Positions 45,401-54,400 of a stretch of 64,000 nucleotides of DNA are shown here, piece by piece. The translations under genes and the position numbers were made by a program. Numbering within the stretch: position 1 is the first letter of the stretch; the number at the start of each line of letters is the position of its first letter. Source of the stretch: Chiloscyllium plagiosum (Eukaryota); NCBI RefSeq assembly GCF_004010195.1, contig NC_057719.1:73149446-73213445 (forward strand). The letters are read 5' to 3'. The notes under the pieces are model-generated. The model saw only the letters and a list, made by a program, of their open reading frames with translations, made no database searches and was not told the DNA's origin.

Positions 45401-48400
45401 CTCTAATTCTGGTTATGCCCTGATCTACTCTTCTCAAGGCCTCATTTGCCTTTCAACAATTTTCATCTGCTTGAAAACAGGCGCTCTTCCAGACTTCCTA
45501 GAACCAATTCCCAGGTACTGACCTTGTTAATCACCCACTTCTACATTCTGTTTAAACACAACTCTCTTCATCGGGTTCTATGTCTGTTGGAACCCCTTTA
45601 ATTAAGAATCAGCTTACAATTAGTCTGCAGACCCTGGTCTCACAAACAAAGCTTGTTTGGCCTATTCTTTTCCATTTACTATAAGCTGTCCCAAATCCAC
45701 AAGTCATTTCCAGCTCTCAATTAAAAAATAATAAAAGAATAAAAATAACGAAAGTTATCAAGAGTTCTAACACGAAGAGTTCACAAATAGACATTTGCAG
45801 GCTGTGAAATTTGTTTTTCTATAATTCTAGGTCCAAACCAGACTATGAATGAATACATTGAATCTTCTGACACTTAGCTTTGCAAATATCATCTTGCACT
45901 TCATATCCACATAATATAAAGAAAGTTACAGTACTCTTGTATATTGATACCCTGCCCAAATACACAGCATTTAAATTGTCGCATGCAAATTTATTGTTAC
46001 AGATGGGACTGATCCAGTACATATAACAATTCAATTAAGAAGTGAGATTGAAAAGTACAAAATTCTTAAAAAGCTAGAAATGTAATAATTCCTCTTGGGC
46101 TGTCTTATACATGAGCAATTTTTAGTATGTTCCTTTAAGGTTGCAGAAAAAGAAGATCCTAAATAGAATTTGCTCAATAATCATGAGTGAGGATGTCACA
46201 ATTTAGAACAGAATTACACGTGTCATGGTTTCCATGGCCATTGCAATTTATTGCATTTGTTTCAAGGAACTTGAAGTTTAATAGCATTTGAAGCTTTAAT
46301 CAGACAAGATAAGCTCGCACTGCAGCTGTTAAACTGCTCCAATAAAACACATTGGACTTAATTCAAATCATTGTATATAACTCAGACCTCAGCTGACAGC
46401 ATCCAATTCTGCACCACGGTTACACAAAGCAGCATAAATGAACCCTGGCAAAGTACTATCATATATACATGTTAAACAATGCATAGGTTACTTTTTACAA
46501 ATCACAAACCCATAAATATTTTGAGAGCAAGTCATAACCTGCATGATCGAATCTTAAAGTATTTATCACCTGAATAATGAGAGGTTGAAAAATATATAAC
46601 CAATATACTTAAGAATTGGGTTTTTGGAAATAATTTTATCCCAACTCTAACGTTGTGCTGGTTATGGCAGGTAGCAGAGTCATAAATCAACAATCAACCC
46701 CATGTCAGAAGTATTGTATTGGGAGCTCTATTGTAGAAAGGCTACTCAAAAATTATACCAAGCAGGAGCTAGTCTGATTCTGAAGAAATGCTTGAAAAAT
46801 TAGCTTTATATTGATCTAAAAAGGTTGATGCAAATAAAAAAAGGTTTAAGATCATCACTGGCTCTGTGAAACTAATATCAGTAGATTCATCCTGAAGCAA
46901 AGGCAATCTTGGAGGGATTATCATCTTAGGCCCTTCAAGTGAAGTGCTAAACTTCTGCTTTAAGTGGTGCTGGTGCTAATCTGAAATAAGGTTCATTGCT
47001 CTTTCAACCAAGACAGTTGTAACTCTCAGAAACAAAGATGGGAGATTTTTCTCAAACTAATTTCATTTTCGAGTTACCTAAAGAAACTTGTTATTAAAAC
47101 ACAATTATGCATCTAGTTCACAGGTCACACAACATGCATTCGACAATCAGCTAGGCCAAGAAATCGAGAAACTGGAAATATAAATCCACAAAGCCAGTTA
47201 TTAAAATATTCCATCATTTGAGGGGTTAACTCCCTATAACTATCAGTCTTAGCATCCAATTACAGGATTTCTTTATATGGGAGCAGTAAATGTTCAAGTT
47301 GGGACAGTAGAGACTCAGTCTTCAGCAGTCATCTAATTTTGCTTCCAAGTTCAAAGTTTGTGCGAAGATTTGTAGCTCGGGTGCTCGTTGTTGTGGTTCT
47401 GTTCGCCGAGCTGGAAGTTTTTGTTGCAAACGTTTCGTCCCCTGGCTAGGCGACATCATCAGTGCTTGGGAGCTTCCTGCGAAGGCTTCGCAGGAGGCTC
47501 CCAAGCACTGATGATGTCGCCTAGCCAGGGGACGAAACGTTTGCAACAAAAATTGCTTCCAAGTCCCTGAGCACTGGAATATTAACAGACTAAATGAATG
47601 AACGAAGTGAGGCTCATAAATGCAATTTGCATGAGCCTTTGTTGGAGTATGATTTGAATACAAATCAATTTATTGAACAGAACAAAGTTTCCAAAATGAT
47701 ATCCTTGAATTAATACAAAGTAATTTATAACACACACAAACCTGTTCAGCTTTCCATATTTTAGGATTACTGCTTTCCTCCCCAACACTGCTCCTGAATT
47801 TAAGCTGAGATTAGACACACGTCATAATTGGGAAGATGAAGCTTTACCTTCATCAACCCAAACGCTGAATTTTGGGAAGATTTCCCTTTAAAAATGCAAG
47901 TCAATTGCAGCAGAGCACAATTCGCCTCAATGTGGGATTCAGGTAGGAATCAGATTGAACCCAACACAAGGGGTCTGACCTTATTCTGCCATGGATCATT
48001 TCATTATCTGCTTCTTTGTCCTGTCTGTGTTGGAGATGGCAGCATCGGGAAGTGGACCAGCTCTTGGGCAGAGGACTCCAGAAGAAGCAGTTGCCAATTT
48101 ACACCAAAGTAGAGCCAGTGCGGAGACATTTCTTCAGCCAGAGAGTGGTGGGTCTGTGGAATTCATTGCCGCGGAGTGCAGTGGAGGCCGGAATGCTAAA
48201 TGTCTTCAAGCCAGAGTTTGATAAATTCTTGATGTCACAAGGAATTAAGGGCTACGGGGAGAATGCGGGTAAGTGGAGTTGAAATGCCCATCAGCCATGA
48301 TTAAATGGCGGAGTGGACTCGATGGGCCGAATGGCCTTACTTCCACACCTATGTCTTATGGTCTTATGACGTTTATTGGCACACAACACAGCAGGAAAAC

Positions 48401-51400
48401 CCGGGACTGACTAGAAATAGTACTTGAAGAGCTTCTAGATTCTTTTGGTGTGGTACAGCAATATTTGATCATATCTTCTTCATTGCTTAAAATTTCAGGT
48501 CATTTGAGTTGAAACTTAAACAATTCTCAGCAGTTGATCAGTAATTATAGATATAATATTAATTGTCTAGTTAAAACTAAGCGTTTAGGTAGGAAACACA
48601 AGACAATGGTGGAAAAAAGTGAAACGCAAACTTAACTCTCAGGAACTGAGAGCACCATCCCTAGTTCATTGCATGAATCATAGTGCCTGTAATTACCCAG
48701 TATCAGGTTAATGTCACTTATGGTTCAAGCTGTAGCAACGCTGCAGCTTTAATAAAAACTGAAAGGTCAGAACTGTCAGATTTTTGATCACAGTGTCAGC
48801 CTCCTCTTTTTAATGGCTTTCTTTCTGCTCTGGGTCAACATAGGTAAATGAATCATCAACAGCTTACTAATGGTACAGCATCATTAACCCAAGTACCTCC
48901 CGGTGAATTTATTGCAATTTTTTACAACAATTATTTTACATGTTTTATATTTAACTCATATAGTGCAGGGATAAAAATATATCAAGTCTAAAAGTAGATG
49001 CTGAACACTTTCACCAGTTGACATTAGCAAAAACAAGAAATTCAAAATGGTGCTAAAACCAGGTTCTCAAATTGGAATATTTGAACTTATGGGTAAAAAA
49101 TCAGAGGATTTAGTGTCCTAATTTTTCATGTAATTTTAATAAAATTTCTCTTTCCTCTTGCACCTGTACAGAACCTTCACCAGTTGCAGTCTTGTGTCAC
49201 TCTCCTATAATCTCCTTCACACGTGACTATAGTCCATTGTCTCAGGCAACTGTCTGTGTGGAGATTGCACATTCTTCCGGTGTCTGCATGGGTTTCCTCC
49301 GGATACTCCGGTTTCCTCCCACAATCCAAAGATGTGCGGCCAGGTGAATTGGCCATGCTAAATTGCCCATAGTGTTAGGTAAATTAGTCAGGGGTAAATA
49401 TAAGGTGGAGGAATGGATCTGGGTGGGTTGCTATTCGGAAGGTGGGTGGGGACTTGTTGGGCCGAAGGGCCTGTTTCCATACTGTAGGGGATCTAATCCA
49501 ATCTAATCTGTTCAATTTCACATGCCATGTTGATAGATTAATAAACTGTAAAAAGCATTACTACTCAGCTTGATACTGCCTTCAGCTGAACGCTATACAC
49601 ATGAAATTTTTAAATAGATGGTGCTGGGGAACACCATTTCCTTTTAGAAACCTCAAGGTTACAAAATGATCTGCAAACTCGCTAACATTGGAGAGCATAA
49701 CTGAACAGAATCTGGGAAATCAATCCTGAGATATTCTCAGTCTCAAGTGAATAAGCTCAGCGCCTCTATATTTGTCAAAAAAGAATTAAATTACATTTTG
49801 TGGCAAGTGAAATCATTGTACTTTATATATTGCCAACCAATACAACAACTGAAAATCCTACAATTACAGTTCAACCCCTCATCAGGGGTAAAAAAGTCTT
49901 TGCACTAAACTTGGGAGGAATTTGGGCAAAAGATTTCAACATAAGAACAGAAATGTTTACTCCTCATGATGAACTCACTCCATAGGCCCTGGGGTCTACC
50001 AATAGCATGTGAACTGCAACATTGGACAACCAACTGATGAAGGAGCGGTGGTCTGAAAACTAGTGCTTCCAAATAAACCCACTTGACTATAACCTGGTGT
50101 TGTGTGATTTTTAACATTCAAGAAGGCAGCTCATCACCACCCTCAAGGACAATAGATGTTGGCCAGCCAGAGAAAATTACAAAATGACAAGAAAAACAAA
50201 TTTGCATTACTTTCAGATTCATTGAAAAGTAAACTAATAATTCTAATTACTAAAAACTAAAAAAAAAACTAATGAGGAAAAGCACAGCCAAATAATGAAG
50301 AATGATACACAAAGTCTGTAAATTGCCTCTTTGCCTCCATCTACTGAAAAACTTGCAGAATTGACTTAGTCACCGCTCATTTCCCAGTGTCACACGCCAC
50401 ATGGAACCAAGTACTGTACTTGCTGTAAAACTTTCACCAGGTTATAGTCTAACAGGTTTAAATGGAAGCACACTAGCTTTTGGAGCGTCGCTCCTTCATC
50501 AGGTGATTGTACTCCGAAAGCTAGTGTGCTTCCAATTAAACCTGTTGAACTATAACCTGGCGTTGTGTGATTTTTAACTTTGTACATCCCAGTCCAACAC
50601 CAGCATCTCCAAATCCTGTAAAACTAGATGCTTTCCATGCTTCACCATGATAATGCATAAAGTTCATGCCATCAAGATCACATGTGTACAGTAGGGAAAG
50701 TTAAAGACATTTGCTTTGTGCATCAGGATTATCCCGATACTACAGCAGCATTAAAGATGTTACCAAACACAGCAGCACTGCAAAATGAACCCTACCAGAG
50801 TGTTATAAGTAGCAATGGACCACAAATTAAGCATATATACTTTAAAAGTCATTTCTATAGTCTTCCATTTGCTGCTTTATGCTGTGCTCTGAATCAGTGA
50901 AACAATGAGTTCATAGATACTCTGCAGCAAATTTATTGAGGATTTCATTCCCCAGCTAAGAAAGATTAGAGTCTCAGCAGAATTTTCAGGTTTACAGCAA
51001 CTAACTAGAAGATTTGAATGTTTTACTGTCTCTTAGAACTTATTAATTAATATTTTTGCAGCATGTGTGAAATATGCAGTGAATTAACACATTACTGACT
51101 AGAAAAGATCTTGAGAATTCTACTGGAATTATGGAACACTAGGACCTGCCCACCGAGGTAAATTCAGGACAGGATAGTTAGAGAAGTCTGAAACAGGGGA
51201 TACAGCCTTGGAAGTAGTAGGCCATTTAGGTCAGCGATGAGGAGGAACTTCTTCACCCTAAAATGAAACTTTAGAATTGCCTCCCCAAGATGGCTTTAGA
51301 GTCCTCACTTAAGAGTTTATTCAAGGCAAAGACTGATAATTTTCTAGATATTAAAAATACCAATGAATTGGAGATGGTGAAGGAAACTAATGTTGAAGTA

Positions 51401-54400
51401 GAAGATCAGCCATAAACTGTTTGAGTAGATTAAAAAAAGGCAGCTGCTGGAATTCAAGTAGACAAGCAGGAGACTGGAAGATCACAGCAAGCCAGGCAGC
51501 ATCAGGTAGTGGGGAAGTGGGGAAGAGGTGAAGACAGGCAGAGGGTATGACCTGGTTGGTCAATGGGAGGAATGAATCCGGTAGGTAGCAGGGAGGAGTG
51601 GAAGGGAGAGAGGGGGGCTGGGAAGGGAGTCAGGGAATGGGAGTACTCAATGTTGAGTCCTCCAGGCTGTAGGCTGCCCAGGTGGAAGATGAGGTGTCGT
51701 TCCTCCAATTTGCAGTTTGGTTCGTTGTGGCAACGGAGGAGGCCAAGAATGGTCAGGTCGGAAAGGGACTGGATGGGGAAGTTGAAATGGGCGGTGACTG
51801 GGAGGTGTGAGCATGGTTGAGATGCTCGACGAACCTTTCCCAAAGTTTACGTTTGGTTTCCCCGATGTAGAGAAGACCACATCAGGAGCACCTGATGCAG
51901 TAAACTAGGTTGGAAGCGAGGCAGGTGAACCTCTGTCTCACCCGGAAGGACTGTTTGGGGCTTTGGATGGAGGTTGGGGGTTTACCAGCAGGTTTTGCAT
52001 CTTTTTCGGTTGCAGGGGAAGGTACCTGGGGATTCAGGGGGATTAGTGAGGAGAGTGGCACAAACCAAGAAATGTCGATGGGAACGGTCCCTCCGGAAGG
52101 CAGAGAGGGGTGTGGAGGGGAAGATGAAAATGTTCTTGGTGAAGGGGTCTAGTTGGAGTTGACAGAAGTGTTTGAGGATGATGCATTGGAACGGAGACTG
52201 GTGGGGTGGTAGGTGAGAACAAGGGGGACTGTGTCTTTATTGCTTTCGGGAGGGGTGTTGAGAAGGGTGAAACAGGGAATGGAGTCGGTGAGATGGAGGG
52301 CTGTCTGGATGACGGGAGGGGGAAGCACGTTGTTTGAATAGATGGACATCTTGGATGTTTGGGAATGGAATGTCTCCTCGTCTCAGCAGAGGCAGAGGAA
52401 TTAGGAGAACAGGATGGAGTTCTTGCAGGATACTGGCTGGGAAGAGGTGTAGTCCAGGTAGTTCTGAGAGTCTGTGGGTTTGTAGTAAACATACAACTGG
52501 AGACTCTTGCTGGAGATGGAAAGGAAAAGGTCGGGGAAGGGGAGGGAGGTGTCCAAGACGTACAAATAAATTTGAGGATTGGGTGGAAGTTGCAGGTGAA
52601 ATCGATGATTTGCTCCACTTCAGCCTGGATGCAGGATACTGAACTGATGCAGTCAGCCAGTCAGTCATCGATGTAACGGCGGAAGAGTTGGGGAACTGCA
52701 GAGGGACTGTTCGACATAGCCAACAGAGGCAGGAGTAGCTGGGGCCAATCCACATGCCCACGGCAATCCCCGGATTTGGAGGAAATGGGAGGAGTTACAG
52801 GAAATGATTTTAAGGGTGAGGACTAATTTGGCGAGGTGGAGGGAGACTGGATGGGTCTGTTGTAGAGGAAGAAGCAGAGGGCCTGGAGGCCATTCTTGTG
52901 GGGTATGGACGTGTATAAGGACTGCACGTCCATTATGAAGGTAAAGCACTGGGGGCCGGGGAACTGGAAGTTACTGAAGAGATGGAGGGCGTGGTTGGTG
53001 TCTCGGAGTGGCAGAGACCTGTAACCAAGACTCCAGAGCCCTGTACAGAGACCTAGGAGTCTGTTTTAGAGAGTCCAGCTGATGTCAAGCAGTGACTAGA
53101 CGAGAAGTGGAAGAGGAACAAGACGACAACAGAAAAATGAACTTTACGCAGTAAAATCTTACATTATATGCAATGCTTCAAAAATGGCGGTGGAGCACCA
53201 CTTTACATATGACATGCAAAGATACACTGTTCCCTGCATTTTTATATACATGCGACAACAAATCTAAATCTAACTTGCCTACCAACCAACAATAATGCAA
53301 GCAAAGCTGAGAATAGTATAAGTAAAACACTATATTATCAATTACAGGAAGAAATATTGCTCCAGAGATACTACAGAGACAGTATCATGTTAATTTACTG
53401 CATATTTCATATGCTACAAAAATTAAGTGCTAAAATGACAGTAAAACAAATTGGAAGATTTGAATTTAAATGCATACTGTTCTATAATCTGTGCTTTCTG
53501 CATTATTCACCTGGATTTTACTCAATTTGACAGAATCTCTCCAAGAACCGGGTGGTAGGGTTGGTAGCAGTAAAAGTCCCTGTAATCCTACAGGATTATA
53601 GGACTTCTCTCTCATTAGAGAGATGACAGGTGGTTTAATTGGAGGGGCACCACACCCATGGCAAGGTTGAGGTGAGACCTTCATGATGACCTCATGGAAC
53701 ATTAGGAGTAAGGAGGTAAAAAAGAGAATGAAATCGCTTTTCATTCCAAGTTTTAGGTAATATGTTTATTAATATTTCAGTGTGTAGATGAGTCATACAA
53801 AACAAAAGCTCTAAAAAAAGCCCACTGTGTTTCCATTGTTTGCAATGTTTGAGGAAAGGCATGGGAGGGAAGGGAGCATTTAATGTACTTTCAGACAAGA
53901 AGGAGCTGTTAGTGACTCTCAACATGGTTTCTAGGGAAAAGAGGTCAAGTTTATCAATCAGTTCAATTTTCTTTGAGAAGGTTGAGGTATGATACTGACA
54001 GTGTGGCACAATGGGATCACTTTTAAGCAGAGAGTCCAATAGATTGAAAACCAGGTCTTGTGGTCAATAAGGAATTAGGTGTGCTCCTTTAGCCACAGGA
54101 TTGTTACCATTGATGGTGGTTTTGGATGAAGAATTTTTAAACAGCAGTGTCCTGCAGGAATATACATTAGGATTGTTGCTTTTACCAGCCACATTAACAT
54201 TCTGGATGAAGGAACTGGAGAAACCATCAGCCAAATTTGTTTAGAATGTATGTGCTGGTGTTGAGCTTGAAGCATTGACAAACTGAGCCATGTAGTTAGC
54301 ACTGAGCCAAGGCTGGACCATAATGCAAATTGGATTCGCACAAATGCAAGTACTGGATATTAAGAGAAAGAGGTGGAGGATTCATAACCATCAGAAAGCC

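Larger units (their letters stand above)
42322..45404 (+). mobile_element. CR1 LINE, most of ORF2 (APE endonuclease + RT), disabled, with nested SINE and PLE hairpin
   Basis: [37 protein letters not shown], 3' UTR; stops and deletions. Confidence 0.93.

Noticed and set aside
42322..45404. Potentially active CR1
   Set aside because: Multiple stops, nested insertions and deletion of the catalytic FADD motif.
47322..47663. Two ORFs on opposite strands encoding almost the same peptide
   Set aside because: Artefact of the 135-bp DNA palindrome, not genes.
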